Below, piece after piece: positions 46,438 to 59,815 of a DNA stretch of 64,000 nucleotides. Location of the stretch: positions 1,528,049 through 1,592,048 of the forward strand of contig NMRA01000004.1 of assembly GCA_002633005.1 (NCBI GenBank). Direction: 5' to 3'. The DNA is from Phoronis australis (lineage: Eukaryota > Animalia > Phoronida). Within the stretch, counting starts at the first letter, position 1, and each line of letters starts with the position of its first letter. Made by a program: the position numbers and the translations under genes. The notes under the pieces were generated by a model. It saw nothing but the letters and a program-made list of their open reading frames with translations. It did not search any database and was not told the origin of the DNA.

Positions 46438-47861
46438 TAGCACTTAGGCGGGCCTCATGCCGCAGGCAGCGCAGGCAGGCTCCAGCGTAGCACTTAGGCG
46501 GGCCTCAGCCCAGCTGACGCAGGCAGCGCAGGCAGACTCCAGCGTAGCACCGGGCCTCAGCCCAGCTGCCGCAGGCAGCGCAGGCAGGCTCCAGCGTAGC
46601 ACTTAGGCGGGCCTCAGCCCAGCTGCCGCAGGCAGCGCAGGCAGGCTCCAGCGTAGCACTTAGGCGGGCCTCAGCCCAGCTGCCGCAGGCAGCGCAGGCA
46701 GGCTCCAGCGTAGCACTTAGGCGGGCCTCAGCCCAGCTGCCGCAGGCAGCGCAGGCAGGCTCCAGCGTAGCACTTAGGCGGGCCTCAGCCCAGCTGCCGC
46801 AGGCAGCGCAGGCAGGCTCCAGCGTAGCACTTAGGCGGGCCTCAGCCCAGCTGCCGCAGGCAGCGCAGGCAGGCTCCAGCGTAGCACTTAGGCGGGCCTC
46901 AGCCCAGCTGCCGCAGGCAGCGCAGGCAGGCTCCAGCGTAGCACTTAGGCGGGCCTCAGCCCAGCTGCCGCAGGCAGCGCAGGCAGGCTCCAGCGTAGCA
47001 CTTAGGCGGGCCTCAGCCCAGCTGCCGCAGGCAGCGCAGGCAGGCTCCAGCGTAGCACTTAGGCGGGCCTCAGCCCAGCTGCCGCAGGCAGCGCAGGCAG
47101 GCTCCGGCGCAGCACTTAGGCGGGCCTCAGCCCAGCTGCCGCAGGCAGCGCTGGCAGGCTCCGGCGCAGCACTTAGGCGGGCCTCAGCCCAGCTGCCGCA
47201 TGCAGCGCAGGCAGGCTCCGGCGCAGCACTTAGGCGGGCCTCAGCCCAGTTGCCGCAGGCACCGCTGGCAGGCTCCGGGGCAGCACTTTGGCGGGCCTCA
47301 GCCCAGCTGCCGCAGGCAGCGCAGGCAGGCTCCGGCGCAGCACTTAGGCAGGCCTCAGCCCAGCAGCCGCAGGCAGCGCAGGCAGGCTCCGGCGCAGCAC
47401 TTAGGCAGGCCTCAGCCCAGCAGCCGCAGGCAGCGCAGGCAGGCTCCGGCGTAGCACTTAGGCGGGCCTCAGCCCAGCTGCCGCAGGCAGCGCAGGCAGG
47501 CTCTGGCATAGCACTTAGGCGGGCTTCAGCCCAGCTGCCGTAGGCAGCGCAGGCAGACTCCAGCGTAGCACTTAGGCGGGCCTCAGCCCAGCTGCCGCAG
47601 GCAGCGCAGGCAGGCTCCAGCATAGCACTTATGCGGGCCTCAGCCCAGCTGCCGCAGGCAGTGCAGGCAGGCTCCAGCGTAGCACTTAGGCGGGCCTCAG
47701 CCCAGATGCCGCCGGCAGCGCAGGTAGGCTCCAGCGTAGCACTTAGGCGGTCTCAGCCCAGCTGCCGCAGGCAGCTCAGGCAGGCTCCAGCAGAGCACTT
47801 AGGCGGCCCTCAGCCCAGCTGCCGCAGGCAGCGCAGGCAGGCTCCAGCGTAGCACTTAGGC
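46438..47861. repeat. GC-rich 57-bp minisatellite, ~25 copies
   Basis: Unit tagcacttaggcgggcctcagcccagctgccgcaggcagcgcaggcaggctccagcg; units on the left are identical and those on the right diverge. Confidence 0.97.
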
Positions 47862-48799
47862 AGAAATCGAGGCTGTTAATCTATCACCACTAGTACACGC
47901 ACGCCCTCTAGTTATTGTAGATTTTCCGAATAGCCCCAATGTTGATTTTATAGTGATACAACTGAGACACGCGATTGTCGCGCTATGTTGTTCAGCGAGG
48001 TTACAACGTTTCAACGTGCATCTCGATTGCTAGCTCACCTTATCCTTCTAGATATTAAAACTGAACAAAGGGACGCGTGTTCTTCACCCTGTATCGTTAA
48101 GGGCTATAACGTCAATGCGTGCATGTCGTTCAATTTTCTGTACTGTTCTGATGTTTATACAGCTATCATGTAGACTAACGTCTGTCACGATGTATGGTTC
48201 TTAGCGTCGCAAAGCGTGCGTCTTCATGACGGCGACATCCCGTTGCTCCCAACGTACTTGTTCGATTCTGTAGCCCAACAACAAGTTGGGAAGTTTACCC
48301 CTGTAGCCAATATCTTACACGACTGATTAACTCCATTCTGGCTTTTATGATTGGAGGGCCTGCGCTCTTTTGTTCCATGATTGCTCAAATCTCTGATCAG
48401 ATTGTACAGTATCTAGACTGACTGGGCCGGGCTGATAAAAATGAAAGTTAAGTTATAACATATTTGAGCATAAACTAGTAGCATTTCTGAATTCCTCGTC
48501 AAATGCTGATCATGTTCCGTTTTTGAATCACCAAAATCTCCCAACTACAGCAGAAGTTAAGACAATCTATTCTGTCCAAACGGACGCAAGGGTTTGACTG
48601 TGCTTATACGCGTTCGGTAATAGCGTGCAACCACCAAACATTTCCTTTGAAGCCTGGGAGATAATTGGCCTGCTTGTTATCATGCGGGACAAAAGACTGA
48701 GCTGGGCAGTTAACAAAAGAGCCAGATGTTAGCGCACGTTCGAGCACCCCTCACGTCTGGAAAACGTACTGAACGACAGAACGCTGTAATGCGTTCAAC

Positions 48800-49125
48800 A
48801 CTCTTCCTCGTTCTGGACTTTAAAACGAGTACAGCGAGGCAACCACTTGTCGCACTGTATTGCTCTAAGGGTCACAACGTTAAAACGTGCCTCATTACCC
48901 GCTGTATCGTTCTAGTCTTTAAAACGACACAGCGAGACTTGCGTTGGTCATGATTGAGGCAAGAGGTTAGGCCTACAACGATACAGAGGGTCTCTCGTTC
49001 TACTCCCTGTATCGTTCTTAGTTTTTAAAACGATGCAACGCTACGCGCTTTGGTCACGCTGTATCGTTCCAAGCAACGGTCGTCTCCTACGCACTGTATC
49101 GTTCTAAGATTTAAACGGTACACCG
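48800..49125. repeat. Cluster of degenerate ~35-bp palindromes (ctgtatcgtt...aacgatacag)
   Basis: Example: cgctgtatcgtt-ctagtctttaa-aacgacacagcg at 48900-48934; related units near 48088, 48805, 48852, 49005, 49057 and 49092. Confidence 0.65.
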
Positions 49126-49715
49126 ACACATGCATATACTTGTATCACTAAACATTATTTTTCTTATTTATTGGTTTGTGTGACAGAACATTGATTTTGT
49201 ATACATGTATTTTACAGTAAAGGTTCAGGTATGTGTATTAGAAATAAATAATTGTTATTGACAGTATGTTTTATATGACGTGATGTGGCATTGATGCGTA
49301 ACTTGTTGCTTTCACTACTTGAGTGCATTTTGTTTTCCGTAGCATGTTAGTGCAAAATGGTAAGGACTTCCATTGTTTAGTGATTTTCTGTGTAAGAATA
49401 CACAGTTGCATAATTCACAGTAAGCATTCAGGCACATGTATTAGAAGCGGAAGTGTGCGATTATTCTTTCGTGGCATATATGTGACTTGAAGCGGTGTTG
49501 ATGACTACTACTTTGCTTATACAGTCATTATTGTCTGCTGCATGGCTTACGATGTTTTTTTACATGGTGTTTTGGTACGACGAGGTGACACACATGAACA
49601 CGTACGCTAAGTTTGTAATAGCACAGGTTTTCATTTCGGCAAAAAAGAGCGAACAGTTACATGAACTGTAAACGACAACCTAGTGGCCTGCTTGTTTAAT
49701 GCACATTGCATTACA

Positions 49716-50300
49716 AAGCCTCATCTAATCGCCCTCCAAATGATGGTCAAAGAATTGTTTAAAAAGTTGCCACCAGAATAATGGGAGATGTGTGGTATCT
49801 TAATCTTAAAACTTTGTCCATCATGTCATCTAGCGTGAACAAAATAAAAAGTTTGCTGTTACAAAAGTAAGCCTTTGTATGCTTGGTCCGCAAGGTTTGC
49901 TTGGTATATAGTACATGTACGACATTTCTAATAGCCCCGGCTTGTATAATGTTTCAATTTAATGTACTGTGAAAACTAGCTAGACAAAACTAACAAAATT
50001 ACATTCACCATCATTTAAACGCTTAATTTAAGCCTCATCAAATCACCCTCCAAAGGATGATCAAACTATTGTTTAAAAAGTTGCCACATGATATGGGAGA
50101 TATGTGGTATCTTAATCTTAAATCTGTGTCTATCATGCCTTCTAGCATGAACAAAAATAAAAAGTTTGCTGTTTCAATAGTAAGTCATCGTATTCTTGGG
50201 CCCCATCGATTGCTTGGAACATATCCTGAGAATTCAAATGGCTCCGTCTTGCATAACGACAAACTAATAAAATTACATTTACCGTCATTTAAACTCTTAA
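49716..50300. repeat. Diverged ~310-bp tandem duplication
   Basis: aagcctcatctaatcgccctccaaa...tggtatcttaatcttaaa...aaattacattcaccatcatttaaac is repeated from ~50030. Confidence 0.85.
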
Positions 50301-51899
50301 CATTCACAAACCCGTGACAGAACACCAAGATAGTGTTCAGTAAGTATAACAATCGTCACAAGTGTCACAAACGTTCTGTTGTGAAAACCTTGTTCATCTG
50401 AAACAAACACATAGTGTGTTGGTCTTTTAGAACTCTAAAATTGCGTTAACAACGAATAACATTATTGCGTATTAAGTTCGGTTTTTGCTCTGAAGTAGAA
50501 CAAGTACATGGCCCTTACAAACAATGACCGCACCCTGGCCGTTTTACGAACTTCAATAGCACTACAGGAAATATTGCATAACATCGGTTATGTTTATGCT
50601 TCTAAAAATGTTTGCAAGTTACAATTATTCTTTCAGAAAAGATAATATGTTTTGAAGAAAAATGCAATTTGCAAACCAAATAGTGTTATCTCCGTGGGGA
50701 CTGTTTTTGAAATTTTCTGAAAATCTTCACGAACGTGTTATGCCACGCACATTTAATGCAATTTTTGAATTTCTGAACAATGTAACATAAAAGCATGCAT
50801 AAGCTAAGCTTAAGGAGCTCCAAATCAAACATTCGTTTCTTGTAACGGAGGAAATGACATTTTTTAACTTACCAAATACTATGCAGCTTATACAGTGAAC
50901 ACTAAATTTCTTACCTACTTAATCACACTATTGTGTATGTCGAATGTGACAATCCTTAGAACAAGGTTATATTTAACGCATTTTAAAGCCCACCTTCACT
51001 TTTTGATTGGCCGATAATTGCAAAATCACTATTAGTCTATTCAACCAATCACTCATCGTGTTATTCTTACCTTGAACGATTGGACATTTCCTTGACATTA
51101 AGTTTTCCTCCGCATCGTTTGCCTTTGAGATGAGGTTCGAACTTCCCACTTGTTTTGTAAAACTTTTCTTACATCAATTACACATATGCAATACATTTGC
51201 TAGTGGCTCAACACCTAAGTTAGACATTTAATAATACTTTCCGCCGTCTTAGGTTAAAATGTAACCAATACAAAACAGGGGATTTGAAAAATGCCCAAAG
51301 TAGGTACATTCATTTCACTATAATTGCGGAAAATATAGCAGTCTATATAAAGCAAAATACAAGCCTTAACAGTGTTCTGATTAGCAAAATTTCACCATGG
51401 ATATACTGTCACTGACTTTGCCGAGTGCTTCACATTTTGTAAGCCTAAATAAAAAAAATCTCATTTGAAAATAATTATTCACAAAACTTTAATACTGAGC
51501 CATTCACAAAAAATCAGGTTATTTAGCAAAAGGAGATACGTTATACTGGATAAAAAAATTCCATCGGATTGCCACCATTGTGATGGTCCGTTTGAAAAAT
51601 CAAAGCGAACGTTTAGCCAAGACCTACATAAAAGGATCTTTCGATCGAGGAAGTTAATGAACAATTGTAAAACCAAGAGAGGTTAGTGTAATTTTAACAA
51701 GTGGCTGTGCCTATTGTTTTGTTTGCAAGCATTTTTCAACATCCGGACATCCATTCATCATGACAGCAGTTTTCCCATCGGCGAAATTCAGTCTCCACAT
51801 GAAATTTTGAAGATTGAATATCCAGTAGTTGTTAACGAAGTTTATTCAATGGAAAACTTTTCTTAAATTAACCTGGGACTTAGGAGTGAAATCTTTATT

Positions 51900-52760
51900 G
51901 GTGGTGTACTTAGGCTTTTTGACATTACCTTAAGTTAAATGAGACGTATACTGTATGAATGCAGGCCAATTGTCAGAAAGATTGCTTATCAATATGCCAC
52001 CCTTTTGAGGACTGAACCAAAGCAGAGACCATGGTAAAATGTTGTCGATTAGCGAAAATGAACTTTGGAGGAAATGTGTATGAAATGTTATTTTCGGTGA
52101 AAGGCTTAAGTCTAACATATGATCAAAGAATCTGCATTTATTTCGATTGATCAGCAACTTACCGGTAATATAAAAATCACCAGCTACTACAAACTGGCTG
52201 CACTTGTCTTTATAGATAGCATACACATAAACGAAGAAATTGTCATTATTTCGATTACTCAGCTAGTTAACATTAAATTCACCAGCTGCTATAAACACAC
52301 TACAGTTGTCCCTTTTAGATAACATAGTTGGAGTAAAATAATCGATAGAAATTTCAATAGTCCTGTTTGGTGTTTTAGGTGGTCGGTAAATATTTATAAT
52401 GTTTATTGGTTTATTTGTGTCGGTTTTGATCTCGACCAATAGACCTTGGCATCGTAATTTATGTTGAATTATGGCTGCATGTACTGTATGTCTGTTACCT
52501 TGATATTTTGTTGAAGGTAAGTAACACGGCCGTCATGCGAACTGCATGTTCACACAAGTGATTTGTTATATAATTTGTAATTGTGTATGTTTATAAGTGC
52601 CAAGTGTCATCATGTTTCAACCATGTTTTTGCTAGACATTTTATGCCAATGTGGCACAATTTTGTCTTTTAAATAGTATATGATACTTTGAAATTCTGAC
52701 ATTTTAGATTTTAGGGATTGGATATTTACACTTAAAATGTTCAAATTACTCTGGTGTTTA
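51900..52760 (-). mobile_element. Decayed CR1/L2-type LINE, APE endonuclease region
   Basis: Minus-strand fragments LNILSVNIQSLKSK, INIYRPP, VVAGDFYI and PKITFHTH...SLIDNI appear in the expected order, with frameshifts. Confidence 0.75.
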
Positions 52761-55700
52761 AAAAGAAGCAACCAAGCAACCACATCACTATTTATTTTTA
52801 TATATTTGACTATAATGATTAGGGGGCCGCATAAAAACGCAATTAGTTTGAAAGTTTTCAATACATATAGTTTTTCAATTTATTTTCAATTCCTACTCCA
52901 ATTCAAGTGAAAAACAGCTAATAATGATAAAAAGTGTAATTTTTTTATAAAAAACGCATTTTGAGTTCTTTGAAATGACTGTTGTGGTTCAAACCGACTC
53001 TGTCAAAAGGTCATGGTGCTGGCTTTGAAAATGACGGCGCAGTTGTCATATGGCAGGCAAATGGTAGGTTTTTAACTTTGGTTAAGTTCTTCTATGTACA
53101 TGTACATGTAAGTAATTCTGTTATGAGACGATGGTGTTGAAAGTGAATAATGTAACGAGTTGATTAGTTGCTCATTTTTCTCCAGCAACTTTCTTACCGG
53201 TACTTCCCACACATTGACTAACGTACCGAATCTAGAATATCACGACATCATTTAGTGCAGTAGACAAACAAGCAAAGTGCAATTGTAGAGGCACGTAGCG
53301 ACGAATGTGGGGGGTCGGGACGTTGAGGGTTTTTACCTTGTTCTGCTCAGAAGGACGTTTTGTGTTTGCCTCTGAAAACAAGCATTTTCTATGATTCCTT
53401 AACTACAATCAGCCTTCAACGGCTCTTCTTCGGCCAGGTGATTCAAAAATAGAAAATTGCAAGTATTCGAACTCACAACCTTTAGACCAGATCACGCGTG
53501 ATCTCACATTTCACCAACGCATTTCCTACTATTGCACCGTGGTAAGAGACAAACGTGTTCGCGCATTAACCGGCTTGTTTCCGACACGTTCGGATGCACT
53601 GAAGTTACGTGCAATCCTCCTTAAATGTCTTCTTGATGTTAAAGTATTTTAGATGATGCTGTCAACCCATCATTTATTGAAATTAGAAATCAAATCAATC
53701 TATTTACAAAACTGTACCCTACTTGTAATAATGTCACCATTTGGTTATTGCCGGAAAAGTACGGTGATAGTTTTAATTTCCCAATGGCACAATCTCTCTG
53801 TGACATGTCTTAGATTTTGTTTTGAAGCTTACATTATTTTCCATGTTAAGTTAAAAGTCAATTGTCCCATAATTGTTAGGACACCTATTAAGAGGATTAA
53901 AATTATCAATTTATCTTGAGCATTATTATCAAATATTTTTATTACAAAAGTTTGATGGTGGTCAAGGGAAGCTTTCCCTGACAATAAACATTTATAAACA
54001 ACGTTTTTTGTTTCTAAAAAAAGATTGCCTCGTGAACACAGGAATGGCGGAGTATTCTGCATGGTATGACTAGATTTACAACGACTTCTTCATGTAGAAA
54101 AACATATTTTTTACGGCTCGTAAGTTTCTAGTTATAGACATTTTAAGATGAAGGCGGATTTTTATTAGGTATATATTGCTTCCTTAACGCAGGTACTCTG
54201 CACATTCACGAACATTGACAAATAAAAATGCACGATGTCTAAAGTCAACGAAGTTTCGACGCACTAAACCTAGGCCAAATGTCGATTTGTTTCAATTATA
54301 ACCCACTTCGATTTTGGCTTAGTCTCCACAAAGCTTCAACAGGTATTTCTCCTTTTACTGTGTCGACCACCCTCAATCGATATGAAGTCTATCTATTTCC
54401 GTGTGAAGGTATTTTGTATATTACTAGATATAGTGTACATAGCTTTTCAACCGCTTTAGTGTTTTCCTTATTTTCGAATAAAATGAAATACTTAGGTTAT
54501 CGAGTCAAACTCCTACGCTATGTGGATATGCACTTATGTCTTGGTAATTGCTCCATTGCACCTGCCATTCAATATATTCAAATTGCATCTTATATCGAGT
54601 TTGCACACCTCGAACTAAGAATACCAACACTAAGCCCACTCGCTCAGTGGCTAAATTTCTTTGTTAAGCTAGAACTAAAATAGCACATTGTCTCAACATT
54701 AGGCATTTGTCATCTCGGCCCTTCAGGGGTTACTCAGTCCATCTTGATTGTACACTTAAGTGACGAAAGGTTGTGTACGCTTTCATACGTGAAGTATATC
54801 AGATAAAATATGTTTTTTCAACAGCTAACAAATTTCCGTATCAATAATTCCCCAAAACAAAACAGCTTGCATGTTCTTGAGACGGCTTGAACGAGATCTT
54901 AATTTTATGCCTTTGTGTAATATAAATAAACGAGCGACATTTCAAGCAATCAATAATGACAGTCTTGCGGCACATGATCTATTTGCATTGGAAAGAGGTT
55001 ACAAATCAAATTTCTTGGTGCGTGCGTTGGATAATGATGTGCAGCATTTCCTTTTGGTGGCTAGCTGAGGTCAAACTTGACACTCTCAGTTTTAGTGTAG
55101 TGAAAGCAGGAATCCGTGAAAATGTTCAAACATTTTGCTTTCAAGGTAAGATTAATACGATTGGTTGAAAGTGTTTTGGCTGCAACTGAGGTTTGAAATG
55201 ACCGAGTGAAAAGTTCGCATACAATTTACCCCTTAGTTTATCCATTACAAGACAACTAAGGCATGTGATAAACATCAAGCACAATGCAGAAGTAATTTCA
55301 ATTAAAATATCTGCACATTACGCGAAAGGTTAGCAGTTCTCACAGTTTAGTCATGACCGTGAAATATGGAATCAACTGGGCGAGTGTCTAAGCATATCCA
55401 TGGATAGAAAGTAGATGTATGCGTGGTATAATATAGCTTACATTAAACTGAAAACAAAAAAATGATTAGTGTCTAAGATGGTGAACAACAACCACAAAAT
55501 AATAGCATTACAAAATAAGTTGATGCGCAGGTGGATGACAGAATGCCGAGTAATCAAAGGATTGACACGTCTGAATCATTGGATGAACTCGCTAACAAAG
55601 GTTTAATTTGAAATTATAATGAGTACAACTGAACGTGCAATTTATAAAAAAAACAAAATCTATTAATTTGTCTTGTCATCTGCTAGCTTAATTATTCAAA

Positions 55701-58700
55701 TGTCCCTAAACAGTTGAATATCAATTTTCACGTCAATCCACATGAAAAGAAATCAAATAACGTATAACTATCTCTGAAATCTCGTCATATACATGTACAG
55801 TACATGTATGTTCCGGGTGGCCGAATCATACAGACTGGAACACAGAAGTTGTAGGCAACACGTGACCCCTCGGCTCAGTGGCAATGCCTGGCGAAGCATT
55901 ACAGGGTGATACATGTATAATTTTCCACAAAGAAAGAAGAATGTGTGCAAGTTAGGACGTGATTTTATCTTCACTGCTGAAGCTGTATTTTTACGGTAGT
56001 TGGTGTATTTCCATAAAATGTTCTTGGTATCGTTGTCATACGAAGTCAAAAACATAGTTACCGTTTCAGTGAAAGCGGCAAACTTGAATTTAGACTTCAA
56101 AAGCCGAATCACTCTCAAATACCCAGGGTCAGTATACAATGTATACACTGCTGAGGTTATATACATGTAAACGTTACCTTCATAGCACTACTAGAGAGTA
56201 AAGTGAGCTCTCAAATACAGCCAGAAACCTGCGCTAAAGTCAATCTTCGGCACTGGTGCCTCGGATCTACCAGTATGAAAATAAATGAGAAATAATACAC
56301 AGTTTACAGTTGATATATAATAGAACAATAATAAATGCCAAATCAATTCCACTAATCTACAATGTTCCACGCATATCATTACATATCCATGATACATTCT
56401 GCTAATTATGTTAATTTGATAGCATTAAAGATAGCATTACTCACTTGCTGCTTCTTGATGCTTTGAGTTCCACATTTTTTAATGAACTTACATGTATATA
56501 CAACGTTAGTACACTAGGTTGCGTAATGGTTATATAGAATGGATGCCCTGAGAGAGCTGACCAGTACTATACATGTAACTATTGCCAACGCAGTAGGCAA
56601 TTTCTTACCGATGTTGTCAAAGTTCTTACAGTTGTTTACTATTTCAGCACTGAGAAATGTTTCTTTAAATGCGATAGAGTTCTTTATTCTAGTTACACTA
56701 AACGTGTGAGAATAGCAATAACGATTTCCCCATTGTAGAGAAGGCAGGGAAACTGTTGCCTGGGTCACGTTTGCCTTACACCTGACTCACGGTGGATCTC
56801 GCGCTTCGTTCACGCCTAACTCGTGGTACATGTAAGTTCCGGACAGTCACGCGTAGGCTCACGCCAACTGTCACGGTTATCGCCACGCTCAGCCAGACCG
56901 TAGGTAGCCCGGACGAAGACTATTAATTCTATTGCTGTATTGTATAAATGCTCACCAGATTACAGGGACAGCTTTACCGGTAGGAAAACATCAATTATTA
57001 CTCCTTTCAAATTGATAACTTTATTCTGTTTGTTGATTAAGTTTGAAAAGTTATACTTTATACGTGTACAAGTATATTGTAGGTCTGCTGCAGATTAATA
57101 AGTGAAACCCCCGGAATTAAGACAGATTAGAGCTCCACAAACCCTTAATCGGCCACTCGGTTTGAGATATCCTTGAAGCACGTACCACAAGCACTTGGGT
57201 TTATCTGTTATTCAATCACCACTGACGTCACCAACTAGGCTACTTATAAAACATACAATGAAAGTTGGACACTAAAAACCGGTTTCCGCAATGTTTTTTA
57301 CTGAAATGTGCATGGAAATCTAGGAACTCAGCATTTAATAAATCTTTGACTAATTTCTTTCACTTGATCACGTCAAGTTGTGTTCGAGTGGTTATTTGAC
57401 GACAAAAATGTGAAAAACACCGACATCACAATTTCAAGGAGACTATTTTTCTGACCTTCATGGCAGACGACCTTCGTTACCATCGGAATTTTTCACGGAC
57501 CCTCCCGAACCAATTCCGAAGCTCTGCTTTGCAATTTCTGCTGCTTGAATTCAGCTTTTCCTCATTATTTTATAACTTCAGTCTCCAATTAGCAACTCAC
57601 GATTAAAATTTATTGTAATCAGTTGAAGGTAAGACTTTGTAAGTTTATGAAATACCAGTCTGAGAGAGGTTCAGGTCAATTTTATTTCAATTTGGGACGG
57701 TTCAAATAGTGAGCTTAGGCTGGAAAAATTTTTAGTGTCCAATCTTTGTGTTTCTTGTGTGATTATGAGTCATAGGGGAATCCGGCTGTCTTTCTATACC
57801 ATCACATCTGCTCATAGTCAGAAATGTAAAAAATGCGCATGTGCAAGTACATGCACGTGCAAGTGTGTGACAGTAGTCAAACAACATTGCGATCATAAAT
57901 TTAAATGACATAGAACGTGCAATCAAATTTAAAGCCCGCACCAGCTCCCTTGGTGGCACGACTGATCGTAGTAATATAATGTAAATCGTGTATTTAAATG
58001 TACAAATGTAACGGGTACGTGAAAGTACATGTACAACGTCAACCCTGCGATCACAAATTAAAGCGACCCGCATAATCGATTTTTCTCTCACACAGAGAAA
58101 CACGCCTAATTACGTAGTATGGCAAGACTTAAACACTGCACATTTTAACTAAAAATGTAACAACACAGCACATTTTAACTAAAACGGCCTAAGCTAAATC
58201 GGTTTCTTTTAACGCATACGCACCTACATGTATGTACATGTATTATCAGGGATGGAGCATTTGAAAACTGCATTGGAATGAGGAGTTTTTTATTTTGGCT
58301 GTGTTTCAAAAATCGTGAATCTGACGATTTTTCTAAATCGATTCGCAATATTCAAAGATGGAAGCTCTTACGTTAGTACATGTACATGTATCTCCAAGAA
58401 GCAGAATTGACACGAATTTTCGCGTTCCATGCTTCTTCAAAAGATGCTAAACGCACTTAGTTCTATAAATTAATCAGCAGCTGGGTACTCTAGTGGCCAG
58501 CTAGAGTAGTCACTGAAATGAACAGCAGGAGCCATGTCAAAGTATTAGCCACACGTGGAAACGAGGAGATCTGAGAGCTCCATCAAGCTCAGGGTTGATT
58601 TAATATCGTCAGATACCTCTTCAATAGATTTAACTCCTTCGCTGGCCCTCGTATAGTTACTGTCTGAACAACTAAATCACCCGAAGTGTACCGAGTGATA

Positions 58701-58822
58701 TTTAAAGTGCTTAAAGCCGTTGTTTACCATGTTTTGACAAGTGATTGCATAGTCAGCATCGTTAAATTTCCCTTTCAGAGTTCTGCAAGCAACGACCGTG
58801 AGTTCAACATTCCAAAACTGAG

Positions 58823-59815
58823 TGTCAGAATATAGTCTGACAGTATTTTTAGTTGTATTGTTTTGTTTTGTTATTCTGATTGATTGGCATGACCCCTGAG
58901 TTAAGTACAATGATGATGAAATTTGTTTACTACATAAAAGCATGGAACTTTCTAGTAGATAGAGTTCAGCAGTGATGATGTAATTTGTTAACTGCAGTTA
59001 AGTGTGGAACTTTATAGAAGACTCTAGCATGACAGTTAATAATGCAGTCTGGAAAATTCTAGAGACTAGTACATGTATGTGTTTGTAGAATGGTTGGGCA
59101 GATTCAGGAAAGTTCTAGAATGTGCTTGAATTGATGAAAAGTTCCAGAACAATGCATTAGGCTATAAATACACAAGCACGGGTTTGTGTTAGTCAGATCA
59201 AGTCAGTTCAAGAGAAGATCAAGTCAGTTCAAAAACAGGTCAAGTCAGATAATCAGCAGTTCAAGAAAGTTAATCAGGAGAACTACAGTTGAGTTGCAGT
59301 GAAGAGTATCAGCAGTTACAGCGACAGTCAATAGAGAGCCAGTTATAGAGACAGCAGGTTATTGAATCGACGAGTCAGTGTAACAGTTGCTGAACGTGTC
59401 TCAGAAATTCATCACAAGTCAAGGCTTCGCAACATTGGCTGGAGCATAAACAGACATTACGTTGGACGTTGATTAGGCTTGCGAACGTACGGTCGGGATT
59501 AATAAAGGATTAACTCGAACCAGTCTCCAGTCAATCTTCGCACCGAAGGCTATTAGCACCGGTCTGTAACAACCTGCGCCCACCCACACACAGGGAAAAC
59601 CGTGACAGATCTCGTCGTCCATATTGGAGGACAGCGGGATACGTTACGAGTTTAAAACTTTGTGTAAATTGTTTTCGCCAACAAATTACGGTGAAATTTA
59701 GTTAGACATATCTTAACTTACTATTCTGCACGATTCAGTCTATCGTCGCATCAAAATCTATTAGCATCGGTCTGTAACAACCTGCGCCCACCGACACACG
59801 GGGAAAACCGTGACA
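58823..59815 (+). mobile_element. LTR retrotransposon remnant: full LTR (58823-59607) + ~130 bp internal + 80-bp end of second LTR; 5-bp TSD CTGAG
   Basis: ctgag|TGTCA ... TGACA|ctgag; TATAAATA at ~59163; AATAAA at ~59501; 59528-59607 repeated at 59736-59815; PBS-like tggaggacagcgggat at ~59625. Confidence 0.8.

Noticed and set aside
46505-47623. 372-aa Cys/Ala-rich ORF as a real gene
   Set aside because: It is the translation of a 57-bp tandem repeat, and unit variants are largely non-synonymous; kept only as a repeat and as a hypothesis.
46438-49125. CRISPR array
   Set aside because: The minisatellite has no unique spacers, the palindrome cluster is irregular, the context is eukaryotic and no cas genes are present.
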